This document shows, in pieces, positions 29,189-38,609 of a stretch of DNA of 64,000 bases (position 1 is the first letter of the stretch; each line of letters starts with the position of its first letter). The stretch comes from an uncultured virus (IMG/VR IMGVR_UViG_3300029305_011943) (lineage: Duplodnaviria; Heunggongvirae; Uroviricota; Caudoviricetes): IMG/VR virus record IMGVR_UViG_3300029305_011943. One strand, written 5' to 3'. The position numbers and the translations under genes are program-made. A model generated the notes under the pieces. It was given only the letters and a program-made list of their open reading frames with translations, was not told where the DNA came from and ran no database searches.

Positions 29189-30148
29189 ATGGAAATCAGA
29201 TTCAATATTGAAAAGAGCCAGCGCAAGGCACTGGCACTGAAAATCGCAGAGCTGACCGGAGCGGAGGCTAAATACATGGGTGTTCCAAGCTGCGCCTACG
29301 CAATTGACTTCTTCACGCTGAGCAAGGATTCGGTTCTCAGCTTCAGCGACCGCAGCGACACGGAGATCGTGGAGACGGTCCTGAACGGGCTTGCAGAAGC
29401 AGGCTACGACAGCGAGACCATAACACCGCCAGAGGGAACTGAAACCGAAGTAGACACCGATGACTATGTGGAAATCGACATGACCATTGTTTCCGACAAG
29501 GAAGAAACCGCTGAGGATGAACCTTCCGAACAGAGCAGCGGCTTTCCGCTGAACGCAAGCATCAGCCTTCCGATTTCAGAGCATACGGTGCAGACGCTGA
29601 TGAACCTCATCTGCATGATTCATTCCCGCGGAACACTGCTCTCCAAGGCGACCGGCGGAAACTTCTCCGCAGACAAGGCACTGATCGATGCCCTCGGTGA
29701 GCATGAGTTCCGCAGCATCCACGAGCTGATTGCTTTTCTCAGAGAATACGGCGAAACCAATCAGCCGCTGACCGGCATCACACTCGACAACGAGAAGATC
29801 ACCTTTGACGGCTTCGGTCAGGCGGCAGATGCCGAAACGGTGCAGACCTACATGAAGCTTGCCGCAGCAATGAACAGCATGGCAATGACGCAGAAGCGAG
29901 TGCAGGCAAAGGATGTCGATGACAGCAACGAAAAATATGCCTTCCGTGTCTGGCTCATCCGCCTCGGTATGAACGGATCTGAATACAAGGAAGACCGCAA
30001 ACGCCTGATGGCGAATCTTTCAGGGCATTCCGCTTTCCGCAACGACGCGGAGCGTGAACGCTGGGAAGCAAAGCAGAAGGCAAAGCGTGATGCTCAGAAA
30101 ACGGAACAAACCAACGAGGAGGAAGACAGCGATGCAGTTTCCGAATGA
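29189..30148 (+). CDS. Phage protein of the 'virulence-related protein' type, with an amidoligase-like C-terminus
   Basis: AKYMGVPSCAY; C-terminal NEKYAFRVWLIRLGM...LSGHSAFR shared with the amidoligase. Confidence 0.75.
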   Translation: MEIRFNIEKSQRKALALKIAELTGAEAKYMGVPSCAYAIDFFTLSKDSVLSFSDRSDTEIVETVLNGLAEAGYDSETITPPEGTETEVDTDDYVEIDMTIVSDKEETAEDEPSEQSSGFPLNASISLPISEHTVQTLMNLICMIHSRGTLLSKATGGNFSADKALIDALGEHEFRSIHELIAFLREYGETNQPLTGITLDNEKITFDGFGQAADAETVQTYMKLAAAMNSMAMTQKRVQAKDVDDSNEKYAFRVWLIRLGMNGSEYKEDRKRLMANLSGHSAFRNDAERERWEAKQKAKRDAQKTEQTNEEEDSDAVSE

Positions 30149-30380
30149 AAAAGAACTGAAAAGCCTGCGGGAGCGTTATCCCGCAGGTACCCTGATCCGT
30201 CTCATTAATATGGACGACCCCTTCGCACCTGTGCCGCCGGGAACAATCGGCGAAGTTACGATGGTCGATGACGCAGGCAATATTCATATGCGCTGGCGGA
30301 ACGGCAGAAGCCTTTCCCTTATAGAAGGTGTCGATGATTTCACTGTGATTTCTGACCGCAATGGGGGCTCCGAAAAATAA
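30132..30380 (+). CDS. DUF4314 family protein
   Basis: RYPAGTLIRLINMDDP...GTIGEV..VDDAGNIH..W.NGRSLSL. Confidence 0.85.
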   Translation: MQFPNEKELKSLRERYPAGTLIRLINMDDPFAPVPPGTIGEVTMVDDAGNIHMRWRNGRSLSLIEGVDDFTVISDRNGGSEK

Positions 30381-30403
30381 GAGACCCTATTCCATCGTAT
30401 CCA

Positions 30404-30432
30404 AGTTTACCATAAAAAGTCAAGGATATCAA
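30404..30432 (-). promoter_or_regulatory. Antisense-oriented sigmaA promoter candidate
   Basis: Minus strand TTGATA-17 bp-TAAACT, with extended -10 TG. Confidence 0.5.
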
Positions 30433-30577
30433 GTATGTAAAATCACCAGAGAATCGAGAAAAATACACTCAAATGATCTGTACATTTAGCGGCTTGATAT
30501 ATCCTCCGAAAGACGGTAATATGTGACACAACGGAAGGGCAAACGCCCACCGAAAAAACGATTCGGAGGATACAAAA

Positions 30578-31522
30578 ATGACTGAGAAGACCGCACAGCA
30601 GATTGCAAGAATGAAGGAGCAGACCATTGGGGTTGAGATTGAGATGAACAGCATCACCCGCAAGGCTGCCGCAAAGCTCGCCGCCGAGTTCTTCGGCACC
30701 GACCGCACCGAGTACACAGGCAGCCGCAACGGCTACGAAACCTACAGCGCATGGGACGCACAGGGCAGAGAATGGAAATTCCAGAAGGACGTCAGCATCG
30801 CAGGCCCCGACAGCGAAAAGTGCGAACTGGTCACCCCGATTCTGACCTACGCAGACATCGAAACCCTGCAGGAGCTTGTGAGAAGACTTCGCAAGGCAGG
30901 CGCAAAGAGCGACTACACAAGAGGATGCGGAGTTCACATTCACATCGGAGCGCAGGGACACACACCGCAGAGCCTCAGAAACCTCGCAAACCTGATGGCA
31001 AGCCACGAAACGCTGATCGCCGAGGCAATCAAGGTTGACAGCAGCAGAATGAACCGCTACTGCAGAACGGTCAACCCGAATTTCCTCGCACAGCTCAACA
31101 ACAAAAAGCCGAGAACGATGGCGCAGCTTGCAGACATCTGGTACGGTTCGCAGGGATGCAACTACGGCAGAACCCACCACTACAACGACAGCAGATACCA
31201 CATGCTGAACCTCCACGCAACCTTTACGAAGGGCACGGTTGAATTCCGCCTTTTCCAATTCGCGCCTCCTTCGGGCGGCAAGAAGAACGGCCTCCACGCA
31301 GGCAAGCTCAAGAGCTACATTCAGCTTTGCCTCGCACTGAGCCAGGCGGCAAAGGACCTCAGAAGCGCAAGCCCCAAGGAACAGCAGAAAGAAAACAAAA
31401 AGTTCGCAATGAGAACCTGGCTGATGAGACTGGGCTTCATCGGGGACGAATTCGCAACGGCAAGAGAAACCTTGACCGAGAACCTTACAGGCGACAACGC
31501 ATTCCGCTTCGGCAGACCTTAA
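30578..31522 (+). CDS. Putative amidoligase (COOH-NH2 ligase type 2)
   Basis: IGVEIEM, DVSI, ELVTPIL, CGVHIHIG, RYHMLN, TVEFRLF. Confidence 0.88.
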   Translation: MTEKTAQQIARMKEQTIGVEIEMNSITRKAAAKLAAEFFGTDRTEYTGSRNGYETYSAWDAQGREWKFQKDVSIAGPDSEKCELVTPILTYADIETLQELVRRLRKAGAKSDYTRGCGVHIHIGAQGHTPQSLRNLANLMASHETLIAEAIKVDSSRMNRYCRTVNPNFLAQLNNKKPRTMAQLADIWYGSQGCNYGRTHHYNDSRYHMLNLHATFTKGTVEFRLFQFAPPSGGKKNGLHAGKLKSYIQLCLALSQAAKDLRSASPKEQQKENKKFAMRTWLMRLGFIGDEFATARETLTENLTGDNAFRFGRP

Positions 31523-31808
31523 CGGGTCTGCCCCTGCGGGGCGGAAACACAAGCGGAACGGTACAGCGGCGCACACAGCCGCCACCTTGCCCCGTGTGGG
31601 GCGGGACGGGTATCCTCCGAATCATTACCCCCAAACACCTGCCAAGCCACAGGGCGCGACACGGCGCGAGTGTGGGCAAGTCATAAAATGCACGATCCAC
31701 GTCGAAAAATCGCCAGGAATGATCTGTACATTTAGCCGCTTGAATAATGAGCCGAAAAGAGTTAATATGTCACTACCGAAAGGAAAACCACCGAAAGGAG
31801 CCCTGAAC

Positions 31809-32063
31809 ATGACAAGCAAAGAACATATTGAAAGCCTGCGCCGCCACGGAGTACGCCTTCTCAGACAGGACGGAACGACCAAGGAAATCCCCGAAGACTT
31901 CCTCGAAACGACCACCAAGATGCTCAGCGACATCCACGCAAGGAAAATCACCTACAGCATCAAGGTACCCGAAACCGAGGACGAGATGCTTCTTGCGATC
32001 TGGGACTGCGGATACGCTGAATCCGGCAGCGCAGACGAGATCCTCAGCCACAACGACCGCTGA
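31809..32063 (+). CDS. Hypothetical protein
   Basis: AAGGAG RBS after a promoter repeat. Confidence 0.7.
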   Translation: MTSKEHIESLRRHGVRLLRQDGTTKEIPEDFLETTTKMLSDIHARKITYSIKVPETEDEMLLAIWDCGYAESGSADEILSHNDR

Positions 32064-32122
32064 AACCAAAGCCGCCAGCCTCCTACGGGAGGCAAGGGCG
32101 GAAAACAGAAAGGAAGAAGTAC

Positions 32123-32575
32123 ATGAACAAGTATTACTTAGCCTACGGCTCGAACCTGAACATCCACCAGATGCGGTTCCGTTGCCCGACAGCAAAGCCC
32201 ATTGGCACGGCAATAATCCCCGGCTACGAGCTACTCTACAAGGGCAGCCGAGCCTGCGCCTTCCTCACCATCGAGCCGAAGAACGGCAGCGAGGTTCCGG
32301 TTGCAGTGTGGGAAGTGACCGCCGATGATGAAGCCCGCCTTGATGCCTACGAGGGCTTCCCGAACTTCTACTACCGCAAGGAGATGCAGGTCAAGGTCAG
32401 GATGGAAGACGGCAAGGTCAGGGAGCTTCCCGCCTTCATCTACATCATGCACGAGAAGAATCCGCTCGGCAGACCTTCTCCGCATTACATCCGCACCTGC
32501 AAGGAAGGTTATCGCGACTTCGGATTCGATGAGAAGTACCTTGACGAAGCCTATGAAAAAAGCGCAAAGGAGTGA
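32123..32575 (+). CDS. Gamma-glutamylcyclotransferase (AIG2-like), copy 1
   Basis: YLAYGSNLN...RCP...LDAYEG.P.FY. Confidence 0.9.
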   Translation: MNKYYLAYGSNLNIHQMRFRCPTAKPIGTAIIPGYELLYKGSRACAFLTIEPKNGSEVPVAVWEVTADDEARLDAYEGFPNFYYRKEMQVKVRMEDGKVRELPAFIYIMHEKNPLGRPSPHYIRTCKEGYRDFGFDEKYLDEAYEKSAKE

Positions 32576-32580
32576 GCAGC

Positions 32581-32784
32581 ATGAAAGAGAGAATGACCGA
32601 ACAGCGTACATGCCCAAAGTGCGGACGCAGATACACCGAGCGACCTGCACTTTCCCGATACGACAACAACACGCTGATCTGCCCTGACTGCGGCACGAGA
32701 GAAGCTCTCGAAAGTATGGGCATCAGCGTCGAAGAACAGGACAAGATCCTCGGAATCATCCACGACAAGTACGTTCCCGAATAA
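32581..32784 (+). CDS. Small Zn-finger protein
   Basis: CPKCG...PALSR.DN...ICPDCGTREAL. Confidence 0.75.
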   Translation: MKERMTEQRTCPKCGRRYTERPALSRYDNNTLICPDCGTREALESMGISVEEQDKILGIIHDKYVPE

Positions 32785-33033
32785 GGGGGCGAAGAACGGG
32801 CGGTGTGGGGCTTTACGGCTCTGCACCGCTTACTTGTCGGCTGGATTACGGGCGCGACACGGCGCGTTTGTGAGCCTCCTGTATGGCATTGGTATATGTA
32901 CCAGTCTGGCAGCAGAAAAGCTCTGATTCTTCTACGATTTATTTTGCACATAGGCGTGGACTTATCGGGCGAAAAGAGTTAATATACAGATGCCGAAAGG
33001 CAAAGAACAAACCGAAAACAGGAGGAAAACACC

Positions 33034-33504
33034 ATGAACACTACTTACTTTGACGAGATGACCGCAAACTGCGCCGCCTACGAGAGAGCCAAGAAGGAGC
33101 GTGCGGAGCGCAAGCAGGAGATCATCAAGAACCACGGCATCGACAGCCTGGAGATGGATGCATGGTACGCCGAGGAAAAGGCGGCAGGACCGTACCCCTA
33201 CAGCAGCGGCGAGATGAAAGCCTACTGGGTTTTCAAGAACCGCCGAGAAAACGACAACGACGAGTTCGAGATGACCGACTACTGCTGGGAGCGTGAGTAC
33301 CACGATTTCATCGAAACACTCCGCAAGCTCGGAGTCAAAGAGTTTACAATCACAACAAAATCGACAGGTCTGATGGACGACCTTTACGGATACACCGCCG
33401 AGGGCTGCACGATGAAGGGGCTGCACACCGTCACAAAGAAAGCACTGCGCTGGGGCGAGGAGCAATACGAAGAAAGCAAGGGCATCCTTTTCAAGATCAA
33501 CTGA
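33034..33504 (+). CDS. Hypothetical phage protein (DUF7698-like)
   Basis: IETLRKLGVKEFTITTKSTGLM; GGAGG RBS after a promoter repeat. Confidence 0.7.
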   Translation: MNTTYFDEMTANCAAYERAKKERAERKQEIIKNHGIDSLEMDAWYAEEKAAGPYPYSSGEMKAYWVFKNRRENDNDEFEMTDYCWEREYHDFIETLRKLGVKEFTITTKSTGLMDDLYGYTAEGCTMKGLHTVTKKALRWGEEQYEESKGILFKIN

Positions 33505-33571
33505 AAACCGACCGCAAAGGGGCAGGCTTCACCGCCTGCCCTACAAGCGGAGCAGAACGGAGGTGAACCGA

Positions 33572-33769
33572 ATGTCAATAATCGTAATTGTGGTCGAAGG
33601 CGGTCTGGTGCAGGAAGTTTTCAGCACCGAGAAAGACACCGATGTTGAATTGCTCGACTTTGATACCGAAGAAGGACAGGCGGCGGAAGCGGACATCAAA
33701 ATGCCGGAACATAAGGTATGGCGATACACATATTATCAACAAGAAACAGCGCAGATACGCCAATTATGA
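33572..33769 (+). CDS. Hypothetical protein
   Basis: IVIVVEGGLVQEV; GGAGGTG RBS. Confidence 0.6.
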   Translation: MSIIVIVVEGGLVQEVFSTEKDTDVELLDFDTEEGQAAEADIKMPEHKVWRYTYYQQETAQIRQL

Positions 33770-33870
33770 TCTGTACATTTAGCCGCTTGATAATTCTTGC
33801 AAGTGACGGTAATATGGGTACAACGGAACGGGCGCAGCCCACCGGAATACACCTAAACGGAGGAATTACC

Positions 33871-34191
33871 ATGAACCCTTATAAGCTGAGAGAACACCTG
33901 AACCTGACCGATGCAAACACAGCGATCACCCGCGAGGACTTCGAGAGCCTCTTCTGCAAGACCGCCGAGCGAATCACCTTCACCTTCAACGGCTGGGACG
34001 GCAAAAGCTACGACGGCGAAAGCCGCAGCGGTTATGTGTACCGCACCATCATAGAGGGCTACGAGAATGTGAGATTTATCAAGGTCGGCAAGGGGCTGCA
34101 CTACATCGACGAAGACAGTAGCATCACCGAGAAGGCAACAGGCATCGCCCACAAGGAAGCCGAGTGGCTGGTCGATGTGAAAAGAGCCTGA
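33871..34191 (+). CDS. Hypothetical protein
   Basis: GGAGG RBS after a promoter repeat. Confidence 0.75.
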   Translation: MNPYKLREHLNLTDANTAITREDFESLFCKTAERITFTFNGWDGKSYDGESRSGYVYRTIIEGYENVRFIKVGKGLHYIDEDSSITEKATGIAHKEAEWLVDVKRA

Positions 34192-34385
34192 GTGCAGACA
34201 CCATTCCAACGGCAAGGGCTGACTCGATCAGCCCTCCGTGAAATGGTGCAGTATGTACAACAAACATAGCAGATACGCCGATTATGATCTGTACATTTAG
34301 CCGCTTGATATCGTGCGGAATCAGAGTTATAATGTCGCTACCGAAGGGAAAACCTCGGAATTACATTCTTTTGGAGGATTCAAAA

Positions 34386-34823
34386 ATGGAAAACTACTAC
34401 GACATGAACGGCTTCAGGGTTCACTTCCGCATCGCAGACTACGCTTCCGACCCGATGGTCATGGCGATCACCGCAGCCGCAGAGGATGACGAGTTCGATA
34501 TGGTGCTTACGGTCAACATCGGCAGCAGCATCGGAAACGGCACACTGCTCCCGCGCAACTGCGCATTCATCGACACCAATAACAACCCGACCGCAGAAGA
34601 ATTTCTGCAGACCATCGGCGCAAAGCAGTATGAACGCTTCGGAGAGCCGGTCTACGGATACAGCGGCTTCTGCCGCTATCCGCTTTACGAATTCCCGGAT
34701 GACCTTCTCAGGGAAATGGATGCGGGCGGCTACGAAAAGCACTGCAAGAGCTACGGCGGTGCGTTTCTTATGGCACAGCGCAGAATGAACGCTGAGATGT
34801 TCGGAGCAGACCTTTTCGGATAA
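34386..34823 (+). CDS. Hypothetical protein (DUF4313-like)
   Basis: LTVNI...AFIDTNN...SGFCRYPLYEF. Confidence 0.7.
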   Translation: MENYYDMNGFRVHFRIADYASDPMVMAITAAAEDDEFDMVLTVNIGSSIGNGTLLPRNCAFIDTNNNPTAEEFLQTIGAKQYERFGEPVYGYSGFCRYPLYEFPDDLLREMDAGGYEKHCKSYGGAFLMAQRRMNAEMFGADLFG

Positions 34824-35008
34824 ACCGCGATCGGATACAGCCCCTTCAGGGGCTGTTCTCCGACGGGGCGTTATGTACAAGAAACCGCGCAGATACGCCC
34901 GAAATGATCTGTACATTCAGCCGCTTGATATATTTTGCATAAGACGGTAATATGTGACACAACGGAAGGCAGAGAGCCGACCTAAAAACAAAAACGGAGG
35001 AAAAATAC

Positions 35009-35392
35009 ATGAGCACGAATTCAAGAATCGGGATCCTGCACGAGGACGGGACAACGAAAACGATCTACTGCCACTGGGACGGCTACCCCGAGCATCAGAT
35101 GCCGATCCTCACCGGGCACTACGACACCGCCGAAAAGGTACGGGCGCTGCTTGCGCTCGGAGACATCAGCAGCCTCGGCGAACGCATCGTACCCGATGCC
35201 GATGAGCCGCACAGCTTTGAGAAACCTGCCGAGGGCGTGACGGTAGCCTACCACCGAGACCGCAAAGAGCCGATGAGCCCGGCAGTCACCCACAAGAGCA
35301 TTATTTCCCTGATGAGCGATTACTGGGGCATCCCTTACTACTACCTTTTCGATGAGAAAAAGGGGGCATGGATCCCGCCGACCGAGGGCTGA
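35009..35392 (+). CDS. Conserved phage hypothetical protein
   Basis: MSTNSRIG...IYCHWDGYP...LGDISSL...AYHRDR. Confidence 0.8.
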   Translation: MSTNSRIGILHEDGTTKTIYCHWDGYPEHQMPILTGHYDTAEKVRALLALGDISSLGERIVPDADEPHSFEKPAEGVTVAYHRDRKEPMSPAVTHKSIISLMSDYWGIPYYYLFDEKKGAWIPPTEG

Positions 35393-35568
35393 TCTTCAGC
35401 CCTTCGGGGCTGTTCCCGTACATAGTGTCATGTGAACAATTCCTGCGAAAATACGCCGATTTTGTTCTGTACATTTAGCCGCTTGCATTCCGGGAGAGAT
35501 CATGGTAATATGTGACACAACGGAAGGGCAGACAGCCCGCCGAAAACAAAAAACGGAGGTACATCACC

Positions 35569-35934
35569 ATGACAAAGAAGGAAATGAAAGCCGCAGTTGA
35601 CAAGCTGAAGATGCTGCAGAACGGCAAGGCAGCCCTTGAGGGAATGACCGAAGCAGACTGCCTTGAGCTTTTCGGGATCAGCAGAGCCCAGGCGCTTGCG
35701 AACACCAACGCAGCCCTCGCCAAAACCGAGCAGGAGATCTTCAGAGCCGAGCATCCGCTGACTGGCATCGACAAGAAGCTCTTCGAGATTGCAGCCAAGC
35801 ACATGGTCACAGTGCAGGAGCGCGGAGACCTTGAAGCCCGCCACTGCGACAGCGAGGACTTCATCGAGATTCCGGTCTGGGGACTGGAAGCCGCCCTCAA
35901 GGATGCCTACGAGGCAGGACGCAAGAGCAAGTAA
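35569..35934 (+). CDS. DUF6900-like protein, copy 1
   Basis: LEARHCDSEDFIEIPVWGLEAALKDAYEAG. Confidence 0.7.
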   Translation: MTKKEMKAAVDKLKMLQNGKAALEGMTEADCLELFGISRAQALANTNAALAKTEQEIFRAEHPLTGIDKKLFEIAAKHMVTVQERGDLEARHCDSEDFIEIPVWGLEAALKDAYEAGRKSK

Positions 35935-35993
35935 AAAAACGGCGCTGCCCTTCCTGAAATACGGAAGGGCGCATGCCGAACAGGAGGAAAAAC

Positions 35994-36170
35994 ATGGATA
36001 CATACACACAGCTTGAAATGCTGACGTCAGTCATCGCCAATCTGCCCGAAAGCGGAGCATGGACGGAGCGTGACGTGATGGAAACGCTTCTGGAGGTTTT
36101 TGAACCGCAGGAGCTTACCGAGATTGGATACGGCGACCGGGTGAGTGCTTACCTGAAAGAATACGGCTGA
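35994..36170 (+). CDS. Hypothetical protein
   Basis: AGGAGG RBS, 58-aa ORF. Confidence 0.65.
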   Translation: MDTYTQLEMLTSVIANLPESGAWTERDVMETLLEVFEPQELTEIGYGDRVSAYLKEYG

Positions 36171-36418
36171 TTGCACACTCCCGCACCACGTTCGCTTGTG
36201 TGGGGCTTTTCATGGCGGCAGCGGATAACTTGCCCCTGCGAAAAGACGCCCCACACAGCGCGTTTGTGCGCATTCTGTGCGATGTACAATTCCGCCTGAA
36301 TCATCGGCTCATGTTTGTCACATTTATTTTGCGGAAAGGCGTGGACTTTTCCCAGAAAAGACGGTAATATGTGCATACCGCAAGCGAAGCGGAATCAAAA
36401 CCAAAGGAGCGAATCTAC

Positions 36419-36772
36419 ATGAAAATTCTGGTATGCGAACCCGGCAAGCACCCCTACGTCAAGGAGATTGAACACACGCTGGAGAACCTGCAGAAAGAGG
36501 TCGGCGGATACATTCAGGCGCTGTACCCCTTCGAGGAGGAGGTCGCAGTGGTGTGCAACGAGGAGGGACTTTTCATTGAGGGACTGCAATGGAACAGAAC
36601 AGTCGAGAAGTACGGTCCGATCAAAGGTACCTTCTTCGTCTGCGGACTCGGAGTCGAGGATTTTACCGGGCTGACCGATGAACAGGCTGAAAAGTACAAG
36701 GCACTTTTCTGGGAGCCTGAGATCTTCATCCCGACACCCAACGGCATGGTGGTACTCCACATCGTAGAGTAA
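36419..36772 (+). CDS. DUF3846 family protein
   Basis: LENLQKEVGGYIQ...VCNEEG...IKGTFFVCG. Confidence 0.85.
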   Translation: MKILVCEPGKHPYVKEIEHTLENLQKEVGGYIQALYPFEEEVAVVCNEEGLFIEGLQWNRTVEKYGPIKGTFFVCGLGVEDFTGLTDEQAEKYKALFWEPEIFIPTPNGMVVLHIVE

Positions 36773-36979
36773 AAAATAGGGGCAGGGCTGCGGTTCTGCC
36801 CCATCTCCGTATCGATTTCCGGTGCATTTTTCTGCCGCTATAATATGTACAATTCCTGCGGAAATTCACCGTTTTTCTTCTGTACATTTAGCCGCTTGAT
36901 AAATTTTGCTAAAAGAGTTACTATGTACACAACGGAAGGGCAAAGCCCACCGAAACAACGAAAAGCGGAGGAAAAAACA

Positions 36980-37324
36980 ATGATCAGCTACGGATTGGCA
37001 AAGGCAAGAGCAATGGCAGGCAGAGACGACTGGAACGCACGTGAGGCGATCAGAAGCGCCACGATCCTTTGGTACGACACCGAGGAGGAAGGCTACGAAC
37101 TGGAGGTCGAGAACGAGGACGACCTCAACGCAGAGGACTTCAGAGCATGGGTCGAGGAGAACGCCGACAGCCTTGCACAGGAAGACGCCGCTGCAAACGG
37201 CACGACCTTCGAGGGCATCGAGGAGATCGACTACGAAACCGAATGGATCGACGATGACGCCCTTTTCGAGGCAGAATACGCAGATGCCTGCGAAAGCGAA
37301 TGGGAATGGATGACCGGCAGATGA
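36980..37324 (+). CDS. Highly acidic small protein (DNA-mimic candidate)
   Basis: Asp/Glu-rich throughout; GGAGG RBS after a promoter repeat. Confidence 0.7.
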   Translation: MISYGLAKARAMAGRDDWNAREAIRSATILWYDTEEEGYELEVENEDDLNAEDFRAWVEENADSLAQEDAAANGTTFEGIEEIDYETEWIDDDALFEAEYADACESEWEWMTGR

Positions 37325-37577
37325 GCCGGTCGCCCCACCGGGGCGGCACAGAGCCGCCCTGTGGCGGGGATGCAGGAAGAGACGCATACGGATGCCATAT
37401 CCGCCAAAGCCTCACACAGCGCAACCGTGCGCGTTTGTGGGCAAGGCATGATCTACACAATATAGCCTGCAAAAAAAGGCGTACATTCGTGATTACTCAC
37501 GCTTGATAAAATGTTCATTCAGAGTTATCATGTTCCTAATGAAACGGGCAGATGCCCGAAAGAAAGGAACGAAAACT

Positions 37578-38045
37578 ATGAGCAAGAAAAGATACTACCT
37601 AGCCTACGGCAGCAACATGAACTACGGACAGATGCAGGCACGATGCCCCGATGCAAAGCCGGTCGGAACGGCACTCCTCCTCGGATACGAGCTGCTGTTC
37701 AAGGTCAGCAAAACTGGCGCATACCTCACCATTGAAAAGAAGAAAGGCGGATGCGTTCCGCTTGCGGTGTGGGAGGTCAGTGCCGCCGATGAGAGAAACC
37801 TCGATCGCTGCGAGGGATGCCCCACATACTACTACAAGAAAGAGATGCGGCTTCCCGTTGAACGCTTCGCCAGCGGCAGAACGACCAAGACAAATGCCTT
37901 CATCTACATTATGCACGAGTACCGCCGATTTGGCATTCCGACAGGAAGATACCTTTACGGCTGTGTGAAGGGATACCGCACATTCGGCTTTGACCCGAAG
38001 TACCTCTACGATGCCTTTGAACGCTCCGCAAGCTACACATTTTGA
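37578..38045 (+). CDS. Gamma-glutamylcyclotransferase (AIG2-like), copy 2
   Basis: YLAYGSNMN...RCP...LDRCEG.P.YY; paralogue of 32123. Confidence 0.9.
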   Translation: MSKKRYYLAYGSNMNYGQMQARCPDAKPVGTALLLGYELLFKVSKTGAYLTIEKKKGGCVPLAVWEVSAADERNLDRCEGCPTYYYKKEMRLPVERFASGRTTKTNAFIYIMHEYRRFGIPTGRYLYGCVKGYRTFGFDPKYLYDAFERSASYTF

Positions 38046-38188
38046 ATGTACATAATGCCCGCATAAACCGTGAAATGCGGCTGAATGATTGTGATTACTC
38101 ACGCTTGATAACAGCCGCAGATCATGGTAATATGTGTACAACGGAAGGGAAAACGCCCTGACGAATTCATAAAACGGAGGATACGAAC

Positions 38189-38344
38189 ATGAAAAACATC
38201 ACGAAGAAGGAACTGAACCGCATTGCCAAGGAGTACGGCTACGATCCGCAGTACCTTGAGGATCAGGTCCTCGACTGGGAGAGCGACGGCATCAAGGTGG
38301 ATGCGCAGGACCTCGAAGACTACTGTGCAAACGGCGACATCTGA
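38189..38344 (+). CDS. 51-aa acidic protein (absent from the ORF track)
   Basis: GGAGG RBS after a promoter repeat; MKNITKKELNRIAKEYGYDPQYLEDQVLDWESDGIKVDAQDLEDYCANGDI. Confidence 0.75.
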   Translation: MKNITKKELNRIAKEYGYDPQYLEDQVLDWESDGIKVDAQDLEDYCANGDI

Positions 38345-38399
38345 AAACAGCCGCCGTCCTTCTTCGGAGGGGCGGCATCAAAACAAAGGAGTGCATACC

Positions 38400-38609
38400 A
38401 TGAACGATGAGATCAGAGCGCAGCTTGAGGAGATCGCCATTGAGGAATCCTACGGTATCCGCTTTGCGGGAGGACTCACACCTTACGGCGAAAAAGACGA
38501 TCCCTACGATGATACCAATGCCGAGCATAACTTTCCGGGCATCAGTCTTCGTGAAGTAAGCCGAATGCTGGAACGAGCCTACTCGCTGGGCAGGCAGAGC
38601 AAGGAATAA
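38400..38609 (+). CDS. DUF6900-like protein, copy 2 (diverged)
   Basis: LEEIA...MLERAYSLGR resembles the C-terminus of 35569; AAGGAG RBS. Confidence 0.55.
   Translation: MNDEIRAQLEEIAIEESYGIRFAGGLTPYGEKDDPYDDTNAEHNFPGISLREVSRMLERAYSLGRQSKE

Noticed and set aside
29036..36980. Recurrent 'MICTFSRL' peptide in ORF-track calls (29036, 31587, 33718, 34284, 36845)
   Set aside because: It is the translation of the promoter repeat. The true starts follow the downstream GGAGG sites.
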